Source: Methylococcales bacterium | GTDB lineage: Bacteria > Pseudomonadota > Gammaproteobacteria > Methylococcales > Methylomonadaceae | Direction of reading: 5' to 3' | NCBI GenBank assembly: GCA_032251045.1 | Contig: JAVVEW010000001.1 | Coordinates: 58,484 to 122,483, forward strand | DNA length: 64,000 bases | Part shown: piece after piece, positions 41,176 to 52,350 of the stretch | How positions within the stretch are numbered: position 1 is the stretch's first letter | How the letters are laid out: each line of letters begins with the position of its first letter | Notes under the pieces: generated by a model | Databases searched by the model: none | What the model was told of the DNA's origin: nothing | The model's input: the letters and a program-made list of their open reading frames with translations, nothing else | Made by a program: the position numbers and the translations under genes

Positions 41176-42183
41176 ATGAGAATTCTGGTGACCGGTACGG
41201 CGGGTTTTATCGGCAGTCATTTGGCGTTACGGTTGTTGGCGCGTGGTGATGACGTGATCGGCGTGGATAACCTGAATGATTATTACGATGTGCAATTGAA
41301 GCAAAATCGGCTGCAGCGCTTGTTGGCGCATCCGGCTTATACGCATGAAACCGTGGACATCGCCGACCGTACCGCCATGGCAACGTTATTCAAACGCTAT
41401 CAGCCGCGGCGCGTGGTCAATCTGGCGGCCCAGGCAGGCGTTCGTTATTCGCTGGAAAATCCCCATGCCTATATGGACAGTAACATTCTGGGTTTTATGA
41501 ACATCCTGGAAGGTTGCCGCCATCATCAAGTCGAACATCTGGTGTATGCCTCCAGCAGTTCCGTGTATGGCGCTAATGCAGCGTTGCCCTTTTCCGTGCA
41601 CGACAATGTCGATCATCCCTTAAGCCTTTACGCAGCCTCCAAAAAAGCCAACGAACTGATGGCGCATACATATAGCCACCTATATGGCTTACCCACCACC
41701 GGATTGCGTTTTTTTACCGTTTACGGCCCGTGGGGACGCCCGGATATGGCATTGTTTTTATTTACGCACGCCATTTTGGCGGGTGAACCGATCAAAGTAT
41801 TCAATTACGGCCATCATCGGCGCGATTTTACTTATATCGATGATATTGTCGAAGGCGTCATACGCACGCTGGATCATATTGCGCAAGCCAATCCTGCCTG
41901 GTCAGGTCAGCAGCCAGATCCGGGCGCCAGCCCGGCCCCCTGGCGGGTGTATAACATCGGCAATCAGCAACCGGTGCCGTTATTGCGTTATATCGAAGTG
42001 TTGGAGGCGCAGCTAGGTAAAACGGCGATCAAGGAAATGTTACCCATGCAGCCGGGCGATGTGCCGGATACCTATGCAGATGTCAAAGCCCTGGTCGATG
42101 ATGTGGGCTACCAACCTGGTACGCCGATTGAAGTCGGTATAGCCCGTTTTGTCGAATGGTATCGCGGCTATTATCAGGTTTGA
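41176..42183 (+). CDS. NAD-dependent nucleotide-sugar epimerase (UDP-glucuronate 4-epimerase-like).
   Basis: [11 protein letters not shown] is the Rossmann motif and YAASK is the catalytic YxxxK. It resembles Cap1J/LpsL. Confidence 0.75.
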   Translation: MRILVTGTAGFIGSHLALRLLARGDDVIGVDNLNDYYDVQLKQNRLQRLLAHPAYTHETVDIADRTAMATLFKRYQPRRVVNLAAQAGVRYSLENPHAYMDSNILGFMNILEGCRHHQVEHLVYASSSSVYGANAALPFSVHDNVDHPLSLYAASKKANELMAHTYSHLYGLPTTGLRFFTVYGPWGRPDMALFLFTHAILAGEPIKVFNYGHHRRDFTYIDDIVEGVIRTLDHIAQANPAWSGQQPDPGASPAPWRVYNIGNQQPVPLLRYIEVLEAQLGKTAIKEMLPMQPGDVPDTYADVKALVDDVGYQPGTPIEVGIARFVEWYRGYYQV

Positions 42184-42228
42184 ACGCGTAACCCGAGCGC
42201 GGAAGCCGCTGAAGCCTGTCAGCCGTGT

Positions 42229-42265
42229 GTAACCGTTCACCGACCTAATGGCTGTGAACGGTTAC
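42229..42265 (+). repeat. Palindromic hairpin repeat, copy 2 (12-bp stem gtaaccgttcac / gtgaacggttac, 13-nt loop).
   Basis: A perfect inverted repeat lies about 45 nt after the epimerase stop. The same stem recurs at 27781-27853. Confidence 0.7.
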
Positions 42266-42359
42266 GGTACAATGACCCTCAATGCCGCATAAACTATCGA
42301 CAAACGGGTTATTCCCGTTATGCTCAACAGAACCGCTAACTTAACGACGAAAAAAATAC

Positions 42360-43802
42360 ATGAATGATTTACTGCAACATGCCGAGCAAACCTTGCTGCT
42401 GCGCTCGGGTCTTAGCGCCCAGGATCTTGATAAAGTCATGGGCCGGATGCTGGGCCCTGCCATCGACGCCGCTGATATTTATCTGCAACACTGCCGTACC
42501 GAATCCTGGATTATGGAAAGCGGGCTGCTGAAACAAGCCAGTCATTCTATTGAGCAGGGCGCAGGCGTGCGCGTGATCAGCGGCGAAAAAACCGGCTTTG
42601 CCTACAGTGATACCCTGGAACTGCCTGCCTTGTTGACCGCCGCCGAACATGTCAGCGCCATCGCCCGGCAAGGTCAGAATGCGCTGAGTGCTAGCCAAAG
42701 CCAGCCAAATTATGTCAAGCGCTATCCGGCAGAAAATCCACTGACCGGTCTTGAAGATACCGAAAAAGTCGCTTTTCTGCATGAACTCGACCGCTACACC
42801 CGGACGCTGGATTCGCGCATTGAAGAAGTTATCGTACATCTGGCCGGTAATTACGAACACATCCTGGTGATGAATCCGGAGGCGGGATTAGTGGCTGATG
42901 TCCGGCCGTTAACGCGACTGAATGTGACTGTGATCATGGTCGAAAACGGTCGCCGTGAGCGCGCCAGCATGGGCGGGGGCGGGCGCTTTGATTTTCGTCG
43001 CTTCATCGACGGTAAGCTTGGTGAAGAATATGCCCGCGAAGCGGTGCGGCAAGCTTTGGTCAATCTGAAGGCTGAAGCCGCGCCGGCCGGAGTGATGACC
43101 GTGGTGTTAGGGCCGGGCTGGCCGGGAATTTTATTGCACGAAGCCATTGGCCATGGCCTGGAAGGCGATTTCAACCGCAAAGGCACCTCCGCGTTCAGCG
43201 GCAAAGTGGGCAGCCAAGTCGCATCACCGTTGTGCACGGTGGTCGATGACGGCACCCTGGCGGATCGACGTGGTTCATTGACCATCGACGATGAGGGCGT
43301 GCCCAGCCAATGCACGGTGTTGATCGAAAACGGCGTGCTGAAAGGTTACATGCAAGACCGGCTCAATGCCCGTTTGATGGGTGTCGCGCCCACCGGCAAT
43401 GGCCGCCGCGAATCCTACGCCCATCTGCCGATGCCGCGCATGACCAACACTTACATGCTGCCGGGCGAGCATGATCCTGGGGAAATCATCGCCTCGGTGC
43501 CCGATGGTTTGTATGCGAAAAATTTTGGCGGCGGTCAGGTGGACATCACCTCCGGCAAGTTCGTGTTTTCCGCCAGCGAAGCTTATCGCATTGAAAACGG
43601 CAAAATCACTTATCCGGTGAAAGGCGCGACCTTGATCGGTAATGGCCCGGATGTGCTGACCCGGGTGAGCATGGTCGGCAACGATCTGGAGCTGGATTCC
43701 GGCGTCGGCACCTGCGGCAAGGAGGGGCAAAGCGTGCCGGTGGGCGTGGGGCAGCCGACCTTGCGTATCGAGGGTTTGACCGTGGGAGGAACCGCGCAAT
43801 GA
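42360..43802 (+). CDS. tldD: Metalloprotease TldD.
   Basis: HEAIGHGLE is the zinc motif. The gene is 480 aa. Confidence 0.9.
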   Translation: MNDLLQHAEQTLLLRSGLSAQDLDKVMGRMLGPAIDAADIYLQHCRTESWIMESGLLKQASHSIEQGAGVRVISGEKTGFAYSDTLELPALLTAAEHVSAIARQGQNALSASQSQPNYVKRYPAENPLTGLEDTEKVAFLHELDRYTRTLDSRIEEVIVHLAGNYEHILVMNPEAGLVADVRPLTRLNVTVIMVENGRRERASMGGGGRFDFRRFIDGKLGEEYAREAVRQALVNLKAEAAPAGVMTVVLGPGWPGILLHEAIGHGLEGDFNRKGTSAFSGKVGSQVASPLCTVVDDGTLADRRGSLTIDDEGVPSQCTVLIENGVLKGYMQDRLNARLMGVAPTGNGRRESYAHLPMPRMTNTYMLPGEHDPGEIIASVPDGLYAKNFGGGQVDITSGKFVFSASEAYRIENGKITYPVKGATLIGNGPDVLTRVSMVGNDLELDSGVGTCGKEGQSVPVGVGQPTLRIEGLTVGGTAQ

Positions 43803-45148
43803 GCAGACAGCCATTAACCTTCGATCAAAACAAACTGACCGATCTTGAACAGACGGTACAAGAAACCCTGGCCAAGGCGCAAACACAAGGCGCGTCTGCC
43901 GTGGAAGTAGCGCTGGGCCTGAATCAGGGGTTGTCGGTCACCGCCCGTCTGGGTGAACTGGAAACGTTGGAACATCATCGCGACCAGGGCTTGAGCCTGA
44001 CGGTATATCTGGGCCAGCGCAAAGGCTCGGCCAGCACCAACGATCTGAATCCCGACTCGATTCAGGAAACCGTGACCAAAGCGATTAACTTTGCCCGTTT
44101 AGGTGGTGAGGATGAGGCGGCCGGCTTGCCGGAGAAGGACTGGTTGGCGACTTCGTTCCCCGATCTGGATCAGCATCATCCCTGGCCGATTGACGCCGAT
44201 CAAGCGCTGGCCATAGCGATTGAATGCGAACAGGCGGCGCGGGCAGTTTCATCTGAAATCAACAATTCCGAAGGCGCATCCGTGACCGCGCACGAGGGCG
44301 TCAGCGTATTTGCCAACAGTCTGGGTTTTTGTCACAGCCATCTGGCCACCCGTCACAGCTTGGGGTGTTCGGTGCTGGGCCGGCGCGGCGAGGAAATGCA
44401 GCGCGATTACTGGTATACGGTGGCGCGGGATGCAGGGCACTTGCAAGCCGCCGCCGAGGTTGGCCGCATCGCTGGCGAGCGCACGGTTAAGCGTTTGGGC
44501 GCACGCGGCCTGAGTACCCGGCAATGTCCGGTTTTACTGGCGCCGGAAATCGCCCGCAGTCTGTTAGGCTCGTTCGCAGGGGCGATCAGCGGTGGCAATC
44601 TGTATCGTAAATCGACCTTTTTGCTGGATGCCAAAGATACCCGGATATTTCCTGAGTTTATCCATATCCACGAACAACCGTTGCTGCCGGGCGCGTTGGC
44701 CAGCGCCAGTTATGACGCCGAAGGCGTGGCCACCCGGATTAAAGACCTGGTGAAAGACGGCGTGCTGCTGGATTATCTGCTCGATACCTATTCGGCGCGC
44801 AAGCTCGGTCTGGCCAGCACCGGCAATGCCGGTGGCGTGCATAACATGACCTTGGATGCGGGCAATCTGGATTTTAACGGTTTATTGAAACAAATGGACA
44901 CCGGCCTGTTGGTGACCGAACTGTTAGGGCAGGGCGTAAATCTGGTTACCGGTGATTATTCCCGGGGCGCGGCCGGGTTTTGGGTGGAACGGGGCGAAAT
45001 TCAATACCCGGTCGAAGAAATCACCATCGCCGGAAATCTGAAAGACATGTTCCAATCGATTGTTGCGGTGGGCAATGATGTTGACCGGCGCGGCAGTATT
45101 CATACCGGGTCGATTCTGTTGGCTAATCTGTCGGTGGCGGGATCGTAA
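43799..45148 (+). CDS. pmbA: Metalloprotease PmbA (TldE).
   Basis: It is a TldD paralogue lacking the HExxxH motif. Its start makes an ATGA overlap with tldD. Confidence 0.85.
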   Translation: MSRQPLTFDQNKLTDLEQTVQETLAKAQTQGASAVEVALGLNQGLSVTARLGELETLEHHRDQGLSLTVYLGQRKGSASTNDLNPDSIQETVTKAINFARLGGEDEAAGLPEKDWLATSFPDLDQHHPWPIDADQALAIAIECEQAARAVSSEINNSEGASVTAHEGVSVFANSLGFCHSHLATRHSLGCSVLGRRGEEMQRDYWYTVARDAGHLQAAAEVGRIAGERTVKRLGARGLSTRQCPVLLAPEIARSLLGSFAGAISGGNLYRKSTFLLDAKDTRIFPEFIHIHEQPLLPGALASASYDAEGVATRIKDLVKDGVLLDYLLDTYSARKLGLASTGNAGGVHNMTLDAGNLDFNGLLKQMDTGLLVTELLGQGVNLVTGDYSRGAAGFWVERGEIQYPVEEITIAGNLKDMFQSIVAVGNDVDRRGSIHTGSILLANLSVAGS

Positions 45149-45166
45149 GGTCGCAATGATGAGCCA

Positions 45167-45200
45167 GGTCGCGGCTAATGCTTGCCGCGACCGTTTTCGG
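45167..45200 (+). terminator. Hairpin terminator between the convergent pmbA and rmuC.
   Basis: GGTCGCGGC-taatgctt-GCCGCGACC followed by GTTTTCGG. Confidence 0.55.
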
Positions 45201-45202
45201 CA

Positions 45203-46888
45203 TTAATCAGGCGGTAAATCACTGCTTGGGTCGGTGGTGATGAAATCAATTTCCAGCGCTGCTTTGTCAGTGAAATAATCGGGCAGCTCGGCCTTGATGG
45301 CGGGTGCCAGATTTTTGAAATCACCGACTTGCTTGACCAGATTGCCTTTACCGCTGAGCAGCTGGTTTTCCGCTTTTTCATAAGCCTCATTGGCTTTATC
45401 CAGTCCCTTCTTGATGCTCTCGAAACTGGCCAGAAATGTATTGAGTTTCTTGAAGACTTTTTCCGCCTTGTCGGCCAGTTCGGCGGTGTGTTTGTTTTGT
45501 TCTTCATAACGCCAGAGTTGGCGCACGATGTTCAGACTGGTCAGTAAGGTGGTGGGTGTGGCGACCAGGACATGGCTTTCCAGAGCGGACTCGAACAACG
45601 TTTCATCCGCTTTGAACGCTTCGACAAACGCGGACTCGATGGGAATGAACATGAACACCATGTCCGGTGAGTTCAGTCCGGGTAATTGAAAATACTCACG
45701 GCCGGCTAGTGTCTTGATATGCTGGGTGATGGCTTTGACATGCTCTTTCAGTGCGCTGGCGCGTTCGTTGTCATCTTCGGCATTGACATAGCGGGTGTAG
45801 GCATTCAGTGAAACTTTGGCATCGATAATCAAATGCTTGCCATGCGGCAGGTAAACCACCGCATCCGGGCGCTGGCGGCCTGTTTCAGTGTTGATGCTGA
45901 CCTCACGTTGATAATCCTGACCTTGTCGCAAGCCGGAACGATCCAGCACATTTTCCAGCACCAATTCCCCCCAGTTGCCTTGCAGTTTTTTCTGGCCTTT
46001 GAGCGCGGTGGATAATTCGTGGGCTTCGGTGGTAATTTGTTGGTTCAAGGTTTTCAGGGTTTCCAGCTCTTTGCGCAATTCACCTTGCTGGTGGGTTTCC
46101 CGATGATGGATGTCATGCACTTCTTTTTTGAACTGATCCAGCGTCTGCTGAAACGGCGCTAACACCGAACTCAGGCTGCCCTGACTGGTTTGTTGCAGCA
46201 TTTTTGCCTTGGCGTCGAGAATATCGTTGGCCAGCAGTTTGAATTGCTCGCTAAGACTGGCCTTTTGTTGCTCGAAATTAGCCAGTTCGCGGGCATGGCT
46301 GTCTTCGCGTTCGGTGTATTCGGTGCGGAGGCGGGTGTGTTCTTGGGTTAGCTCAGTCAAACGCTGTTGCAGGCTGTCTTGCTTGGCCAGGGCCTCGGAT
46401 AATTGCTTTTGCAGACTCTGGCAGTGTTGTTCGGTCTGTTCCGCCATGACTTCCAGTGCTCGGGATTTCTGCCCTTCCTGAGCCAGGTTGTCTTTCAGCG
46501 TATCGGTGTGTTGGCGTGCTAGCTCCAGTTGTTGTTCGGTGTGTTCAAGGCGTTGTTGCGCTTCGGCCATCTGTTTGGTCACCGCCTCTAGGGTGGCCTG
46601 GGCGCGATGCAGTTGCCGGGCGTCGTGTTCGGCTTGCGCCAGGCGTTGTTGTAGCTCGTGCTGTTGTTCTTGTTGATGGGCCAGTTGCTGTGTCAGGCTG
46701 TTTTCTTGCAGCGCCAGTTGCTGCTGTTCACTTTGTAATTGTGTGAATCTGGCATGGGCCTCGGCCAGCGCATGTTGGTGACTATGCGTTTGATCGGCGC
46801 TGCGGCGCAGTAGCCAAAATACCAGTATTAACAAGATGCACAGCATCGCCAGCATGATCGGCGTGCTTGGGTCGGTCAGCCAAGGCAT
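45203..46888 (-). CDS. rmuC: DNA recombination protein RmuC.
   Basis: It has an N-terminal TM, a long Q/E-rich coiled coil and a C-terminal RmuC nuclease-like domain. The gene is 561 aa. Confidence 0.8.
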   Translation of the reverse strand: MPWLTDPSTPIMLAMLCILLILVFWLLRRSADQTHSHQHALAEAHARFTQLQSEQQQLALQENSLTQQLAHQQEQQHELQQRLAQAEHDARQLHRAQATLEAVTKQMAEAQQRLEHTEQQLELARQHTDTLKDNLAQEGQKSRALEVMAEQTEQHCQSLQKQLSEALAKQDSLQQRLTELTQEHTRLRTEYTEREDSHARELANFEQQKASLSEQFKLLANDILDAKAKMLQQTSQGSLSSVLAPFQQTLDQFKKEVHDIHHRETHQQGELRKELETLKTLNQQITTEAHELSTALKGQKKLQGNWGELVLENVLDRSGLRQGQDYQREVSINTETGRQRPDAVVYLPHGKHLIIDAKVSLNAYTRYVNAEDDNERASALKEHVKAITQHIKTLAGREYFQLPGLNSPDMVFMFIPIESAFVEAFKADETLFESALESHVLVATPTTLLTSLNIVRQLWRYEEQNKHTAELADKAEKVFKKLNTFLASFESIKKGLDKANEAYEKAENQLLSGKGNLVKQVGDFKNLAPAIKAELPDYFTDKAALEIDFITTDPSSDLPPD

Positions 46889-47251
46889 GACAAGTTCCTT
46901 TGTGAATGAGAGGTTAGATCCAGCCGTCGAATGTCAACACCGAGAAAGTGGGCGAGGTGTCTTGGGTAACATTGCTTAAGTTAAACGGGTTGTGGTCTGA
47001 GGAGTAAGAAAATTGGGTGTCATAAACAGTCTCACAATCAAAATGGCCAGGTTGAAGCATTTCTCCTGAAGGTACGGCCATGGTCATCGCATTTTAATAA
47101 TCCTTTTATGCACATGGGCATCCAGGATGCCGTAGTTCAGCGGCAAAATACAGGACTTCAAAGCTTAGCTCTTTTTTGTTTGGCTGTCTTACCTTCAGGT
47201 TGGGCAGATGCCGATGGTCATGGTTGGCAAGGTCGGTAATAATGATGGCTT

Positions 47252-48085
47252 TTGCATCAAGACTTGGCCATGCGTTTATCGATTTCTCTGGTAGTGTTTC
47301 AGTCCGATCCGGTTTTACTGGCAAAGACCTTAAGTTCGTTGGCGGCATCGGTCGATGCCGCGCAGGCAGAAGGTGTTTTGTCGGATGTGGTCTTGTTTAT
47401 GATCGATAATGCCGGTGGGATGGAGGCACAGGCTATGCGGTCGTTGTTACAACAACACTGGCCGTATGCAGTGGAGTTGATGATCGCGCCGGGTAATCTG
47501 GGGTTTGGTCGTGGCCATAATCAGCTGCCGGCGTCGGCTTTGGGTGATTATCATCTGGTGATCAATCCGGATGTCAATGTCCAGCGTGATGCGCTAAGCG
47601 CAGCGCTGGCCTATCTCTACAGCGCGCCGGGAGTCGGCTTGCTAACGCCCTTGTGTTATCGGCCCGAGGGCGGGCGCGAGTATTTGGTGAAACGTTATCC
47701 ATCACTATGGGTTTTGCTGTTACGCGGCTTCGCCCCGGCCTGGTTAAAGCGGCGTTGCCAGGCTACATTGGCCGATTATGAATGTCGTGCTGATGCGGAA
47801 TCGGTGGCGCATCAGCAGGTGGAGATTGCCAGCGGCTGTTTTATGTTATTACGCTGCGCAGCCTGGCAGTCGGTTAACGGGTTTGCTCCGGATTATTTCA
47901 TGTATTTCGAGGATTTTGATTTGTCGCTCAGGCTGCGCCAAGCCGGGTGGCGCATCGCCTTTGTGCCTAAGGTGCGGATTCAGCACCACGGCGGACATGC
48001 AGCACGCAAAGGCTTGCGACATATCCGTTATTTTGCTGTGTCCGCTATCCGCTTTTTCAATCGCCACGGCTGGCGGTTGTGCTGA
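47252..48085 (+). CDS. Family 2 glycosyltransferase.
   Basis: The GT-A fold features are ISLVVFQSD, an MIDNAGG (DxD-like) motif and FMYFEDFDLSLR. Confidence 0.65.
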   Translation: MHQDLAMRLSISLVVFQSDPVLLAKTLSSLAASVDAAQAEGVLSDVVLFMIDNAGGMEAQAMRSLLQQHWPYAVELMIAPGNLGFGRGHNQLPASALGDYHLVINPDVNVQRDALSAALAYLYSAPGVGLLTPLCYRPEGGREYLVKRYPSLWVLLLRGFAPAWLKRRCQATLADYECRADAESVAHQQVEIASGCFMLLRCAAWQSVNGFAPDYFMYFEDFDLSLRLRQAGWRIAFVPKVRIQHHGGHAARKGLRHIRYFAVSAIRFFNRHGWRLC

Positions 48086-48099
48086 TGTGGCAGGCGGCG

Positions 48100-49269
48100 T
48101 TATGGCGTTAAGTCTGCCTGCAAGTCGCCTAACGCTTCCAGGCCAACGGACAGGCGCAACAAGTTGTCTTTAATCCCTGCCTTGGCGCGGGCTTCCGGCG
48201 ACAAACGGCCATGCGTGGTGCTGGCCGGATGGGTGATGGTGGTTTTGACATCGCCCAGATTGGCGGTGATGGAAATCAGCCGGGTTTGATCGATCAGACG
48301 CCAGGCTTCGGTCTGGCCGCCTTTGATCTCGAAGCTGACAATGCCGCCAAAGCCGGTTTGCTGGCGTTTGGCCAGTTCGTGCTGGGGATGGCTGGTCAGG
48401 CCTGGGTAATGCACCCGGTCAACGAAATCCTGTCCGGCCAGCCATAAGGCCAGCGCCAGCGCGTTGTCGCAATGCGCCCGCATACGCAAGCTCAATGTTT
48501 CCAGGCCGGATAAAAACGTCCAGGCGTTGAACGGACTCAACGATGCGCCGCCGGTGCGCAGAAACGGGTAAATGGATTTTTCGATGATTTCATCCGATGC
48601 AACCACCGCGCCGCCAACGCAACGGCCATGGCCGTCCAGGTATTTGGTGGCTGAATGCACCACAATATCGGCGCCCAGGGCCAGAGGTTTTTGCAGGGCC
48701 GGGGTGCAGAAGCAGTTATCGACCACCAATAGGCAATCGTGTTGGTGAGCAATATCGGCAAGCGCGGTGATGTCGGCGATTTCAGTCAACGGATTGGATG
48801 GCGTTTCCAGAAACAGCAGACGGGTGTTGTCCTGAATGGCGGCGCGCCAGGCATCGGTATCGGTGAGATCGACAAAGGTGTGGTCAACGCCGAATTGGCC
48901 GAAGTATTTCTCGAACAGAATCACCGTGTTGCCGAATACGCCACGGGAAATCACCACATGGTCGCCGGCTTTCAACAGGCCCATGCCCACGGCCATGATC
49001 GCCGCCATGCCGGAGGCAAATGCCAGGCAGCGCTGGCCTTGTTCCAGCAGTGCCAGACGGTTCTGGAACGCGGTTACCGTGGGGTTGGTGAAGCGTGAAT
49101 AAATATTGCCGGGTGCCTCGCCGCGAAAGCGTGCGGCGGCTTCCGCCGCACTGGCGAAGACATAGCTGGAAGTGGTGAAAATCGCTTGGCTGTGTTCGCA
49201 TTCTTGGGTGCGTTGTTGGCCGCCGCGTATCGCCAAAGTAGCCGGTTGCCAGTGAGAATCGCTTGTCAT
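48100..49269 (-). CDS. metZ: O-succinylhomoserine sulfhydrylase (Cys/Met-metabolism PLP enzyme).
   Basis: HSATKYLDGHG is the PLP-lysine motif. It lies downstream of purF as in Pseudomonas. The start was set at MTSDSHW. Confidence 0.75.
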   Translation of the reverse strand: MTSDSHWQPATLAIRGGQQRTQECEHSQAIFTTSSYVFASAAEAAARFRGEAPGNIYSRFTNPTVTAFQNRLALLEQGQRCLAFASGMAAIMAVGMGLLKAGDHVVISRGVFGNTVILFEKYFGQFGVDHTFVDLTDTDAWRAAIQDNTRLLFLETPSNPLTEIADITALADIAHQHDCLLVVDNCFCTPALQKPLALGADIVVHSATKYLDGHGRCVGGAVVASDEIIEKSIYPFLRTGGASLSPFNAWTFLSGLETLSLRMRAHCDNALALALWLAGQDFVDRVHYPGLTSHPQHELAKRQQTGFGGIVSFEIKGGQTEAWRLIDQTRLISITANLGDVKTTITHPASTTHGRLSPEARAKAGIKDNLLRLSVGLEALGDLQADLTP

Positions 49270-49291
49270 AAAGGTACCAGAGTTAAATACG

Positions 49292-50800
49292 TCAGTCAGT
49301 GCTGCTGAGTTCATCGAGCACCGTACCGGAGCTCGATTCGCTGCGGGTGCTGTCATTGCGTTGCGCGTGCAGTCTGTCCAGATAAGCATCATCGACATCG
49401 CCGGTCACATAGTGTTTGCTGAAACAGGCGGTATCGAATTCCTGTATATCTGGATTGCCTTTGCGCACGGCTTCAATCAAATCAGCCAGGTCTTGATAAA
49501 TCAGCCGATCAGCGCCAATGGCGACACGGACTTCTTCTTCGCTGCGGCCATGGGCGATTAACTCTTCGGCTGACGGCATGTCGATGCCATAGACGTTGGG
49601 ATAGCGCACCGGTGGCGCGGCGGAGGCAAAATAAACCTTGCGTGCCCCGGCGTCGCGCGCCATTTGAATGATTTGTTCGGAGGTGGTGCCGCGCACGATG
49701 GAATCATCGACCAGCAACACATTCTTACCATCGAACTCCAGATGAATGGGATTGAGTTTATAACGCACCGAGCGCTTGCGGGTGTGTTGGCCAGGCATGA
49801 TGAACGTGCGACCGATATAGCGGTTTTTGATAAAGCCTTCGCGGTATTTTACGCCCAGTTGATTGGCCAATTGCAGTGCGGCAGTGCGACTGGTATCGGG
49901 AATGGGAATCACCACGTCGATATCATGATCGGGCCAGGTGCGTTGGAGTTTCGCTGCCAGTTTTTCGCCCATGCGCAGCCGCGCCTTGTACACCAGAATG
50001 TCGTCGATAATCGAATCAGGCCGGGCGAAATAGACATGTTCAAAAATACACGGGCAATGCCTGGGGTTTTGCGAGCATTGGCGGGTGTGCAGTGTGCCGG
50101 ATTCTTCGATAAACACGGCCTCACCCGGTTCGATGTCGCGAATCAGTTCAAAGCCTTGCACATCCAGTGCCACGCTTTCCGAGGCCAGCATGTATTCGGT
50201 TCCGGTTTCACTTTCCCGGCTGCCGTAAACGATAGGCCGAATACCGTTAGGGTCGCGAAATCCCAGTATGCCGAAGCCGGCGATCATGATGACCACGGCG
50301 TAAGCGCCCCGGCAGCGTTGATGCACGCGCTCGACGGCGGCAAACACATCCTCCACGGTCAGGCGCAGTTTACCCAGTTCCTGTAGTTCATGAGCAAATA
50401 CATTGAGCAGCACTTCCGAATCGGAATCGGTGTTGATATGGCGTTGATCTTCCAGGAACAATTCTTTTTTGAGTTGCTCGGTGTTGGTCAGATTGCCATT
50501 GTGCGCCAAGGTCAGGCCAAAAGGGGAGTTGACATAAAATGGCTGTGCTTCGGTTGAGCTGAAGCAGCCGGCGGTGGGATAGCGGACATGACCGATGCCC
50601 ATGTTGCCTTTCAGTTTCAGCATTTGTTGCTGGTCAAATACGTCTCGCACCAGGCCGTTGTCCTTGCGCAAATGTAAGCGGCCTTGTGCGCAGGTGGCGA
50701 TACCGGCAGCATCCTGGCCACGGTGTTGTAAAACGGTTAACGCATCATACAGCGCCTGATTGGCCGGCGATTGGCCAACGATTCCAGCAATTCCACACAT
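49292..50800 (-). CDS. purF: Amidophosphoribosyltransferase.
   Basis: MCGIAGIVG is the Ntn-Cys start and there is a PRTase motif. Confidence 0.95.
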   Translation of the reverse strand: MCGIAGIVGQSPANQALYDALTVLQHRGQDAAGIATCAQGRLHLRKDNGLVRDVFDQQQMLKLKGNMGIGHVRYPTAGCFSSTEAQPFYVNSPFGLTLAHNGNLTNTEQLKKELFLEDQRHINTDSDSEVLLNVFAHELQELGKLRLTVEDVFAAVERVHQRCRGAYAVVIMIAGFGILGFRDPNGIRPIVYGSRESETGTEYMLASESVALDVQGFELIRDIEPGEAVFIEESGTLHTRQCSQNPRHCPCIFEHVYFARPDSIIDDILVYKARLRMGEKLAAKLQRTWPDHDIDVVIPIPDTSRTAALQLANQLGVKYREGFIKNRYIGRTFIMPGQHTRKRSVRYKLNPIHLEFDGKNVLLVDDSIVRGTTSEQIIQMARDAGARKVYFASAAPPVRYPNVYGIDMPSAEELIAHGRSEEEVRVAIGADRLIYQDLADLIEAVRKGNPDIQEFDTACFSKHYVTGDVDDAYLDRLHAQRNDSTRSESSSGTVLDELSSTD

Positions 50801-50810
50801 ACTTTTTTAA

Positions 50811-51314
50811 CTAGACAGAGCGATAGTCAATGGTGCCAGCCAAGCCGCTTGGGATGTGCTGCTTGAGCCAGGTTGCCAAAGACTGAAACGGCGGAATCAA
50901 AGTCGATTCACGCCACCAGGGGTCTTCCGGCAGCGGCGTAAGCCCGGCCAGAAGAATGATCAAGGCGACGACCACTGCGCCGCGAACGACGCCAAACACC
51001 ATGCCTAGCAGTCGATCCAGGCCGGAAAGCCCGGTTTTTTTGATTAACTCACCGAGCAGAAAGCTGATAATGGCGCCGATGATCAGTGTCACCACAAACA
51101 ATAATCCAAACGCCAGTGCGATGCGCAGTGACGGTTGCGCGACCACCGAGGTCAGCAGTGCCGACAGCTCCCTGCTGAAGGTCAGGCCAATCCAGGTGGC
51201 CGCGATCCAGATAACCAGCGCGAACGCTTCACGCAGAAAACCACGCAGAAAACCGATGATCAGGGAAATGCCGATCAGACTAACAATTGCGTAATCTACC
51301 CAAATCATCATCAA
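50811..51314 (-). CDS. cvpA: Colicin V production protein CvpA.
   Basis: It is a four-TM protein of 167 aa, positioned between dedD and purF. Confidence 0.85.
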   Translation of the reverse strand: MMMIWVDYAIVSLIGISLIIGFLRGFLREAFALVIWIAATWIGLTFSRELSALLTSVVAQPSLRIALAFGLLFVVTLIIGAIISFLLGELIKKTGLSGLDRLLGMVFGVVRGAVVVALIILLAGLTPLPEDPWWRESTLIPPFQSLATWLKQHIPSGLAGTIDYRSV

Positions 51315-52342
51315 TCCGAGACTAAAAAGCCTTTCAGTTGGGTTTGTTGTTCAATTTTTTGCAGTGCGGCGCGGGCGCGATCTTTATCCAGCTCCGGGCC
51401 GACGCGCAGCCGGTATAGGCGTCCACCATCCTGGTTTATGGGGTCCAGTTGGGCGGGAAAGCCCAGTTGGCGCAGCTGTTGTTGCAGTTTCAGAGCGCTG
51501 TCCTGATTACTGAAACTGCCCAGTTGCAAGTACCAGCGCACTAAATTGCCGGGGGGGTCGGTCGCATCAGTGCTGCCTTGAGGGGCGGGTGACGCAGTTT
51601 TTGCGCTGCCCGCGACACGCCTCACCAAACTGTTGGTTCTGGCTAAACGGTCGATTTCGGTTTTCAGTTGTTGCGCTTGCGTGGCGCTGGGAATGGGGCT
51701 GATCTTAACCCGAAACACTTTGCCGCTGGGTTGGGTGACGGCACTGTATCCGGCCTGTTTGAGTTTGTTGACCAGGCGCTCGGCATAGTTGCGATCGGTA
51801 AAACTGGCCACTTGTAACAACCAATGTTCTTGCAGGTGGTTTCCTTTGAGGGCAGGTTTTTGACTCGATCCGGTGTTGCCAGCGCTGCTGGTGGTGGATT
51901 TGCTTATAGCCTGTGGCGGCGGCGGCGGCGGCGCGAGGCCGGTGATTTTGCTGTCGGTATCGGTGCTGGGCGTCACTTTGGCCGGTGACGTGTCGGAGGC
52001 TGTGGTCGCGGCAGGCGTGAAATCAGGTGGCTCTGCCTGACGCTCTTCTGTGCTCAATTCACTGACGCTGGTTTCACTGCTGTCAAGTTCGTCGATAGCT
52101 GCCTGGTTTGCCAGGTGTTGTTCATAAGGTGTCGGCAACGTGGATTGCGAGACAGGCACTGGCTGGCCATTGCCTTCCGTAGGGTCATGCAGTAATGTGA
52201 CCGGCGGCTCAGGAATGCTCAGTTCTTTCAGTTGCGGGACTTCAGGTTCAGCGGGCTCGTCAAACAACATCGGGACAAAAATCGCAGCAAGTGCGGTAAT
52301 CACTGCCGCGCCGATCAGTTTTTGTTTCAGTTCTTGATCCAT
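51311..52342 (-). CDS. dedD: SPOR-domain cell-division protein (DedD-like).
   Basis: It has an N-terminal TM, a Pro/Thr-rich linker and two C-terminal SPOR domains (WLLQVASFTD..., WYLQLGSFSN...). Confidence 0.75.
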   Translation of the reverse strand: MDQELKQKLIGAAVITALAAIFVPMLFDEPAEPEVPQLKELSIPEPPVTLLHDPTEGNGQPVPVSQSTLPTPYEQHLANQAAIDELDSSETSVSELSTEERQAEPPDFTPAATTASDTSPAKVTPSTDTDSKITGLAPPPPPPQAISKSTTSSAGNTGSSQKPALKGNHLQEHWLLQVASFTDRNYAERLVNKLKQAGYSAVTQPSGKVFRVKISPIPSATQAQQLKTEIDRLARTNSLVRRVAGSAKTASPAPQGSTDATDPPGNLVRWYLQLGSFSNQDSALKLQQQLRQLGFPAQLDPINQDGGRLYRLRVGPELDKDRARAALQKIEQQTQLKGFLVSD

Positions 52343-52350
52343 GACGTGCC

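Noticed and set aside
43799-45148. tldD-pmbA adjacency as a marker of a RiPP (microcin B17 / LAP) processing locus.
   Set aside because: No precursor peptide, cyclodehydratase or dehydrogenase genes are nearby. The neighbours are an epimerase and rmuC. Adjacent tldD/pmbA is common as housekeeping in many proteobacteria.
46209-46746. Cys/Ser-rich plus-strand ORFs (46209..46481, 46456..46746, 46488..46676).
   Set aside because: They are antisense to the CAG/CTG-rich Q/E coiled-coil region of rmuC. The repetitive codon usage creates long spurious frames.
46480-46760. A possible tandem DNA repeat or CRISPR-like periodicity inside rmuC.
   Set aside because: The periodicity is codon-level (GCC/CAG/TTG repeats) and encodes a Q-rich coiled coil. 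There are no regular direct repeats with spacers. No CRISPR array is present in the window.
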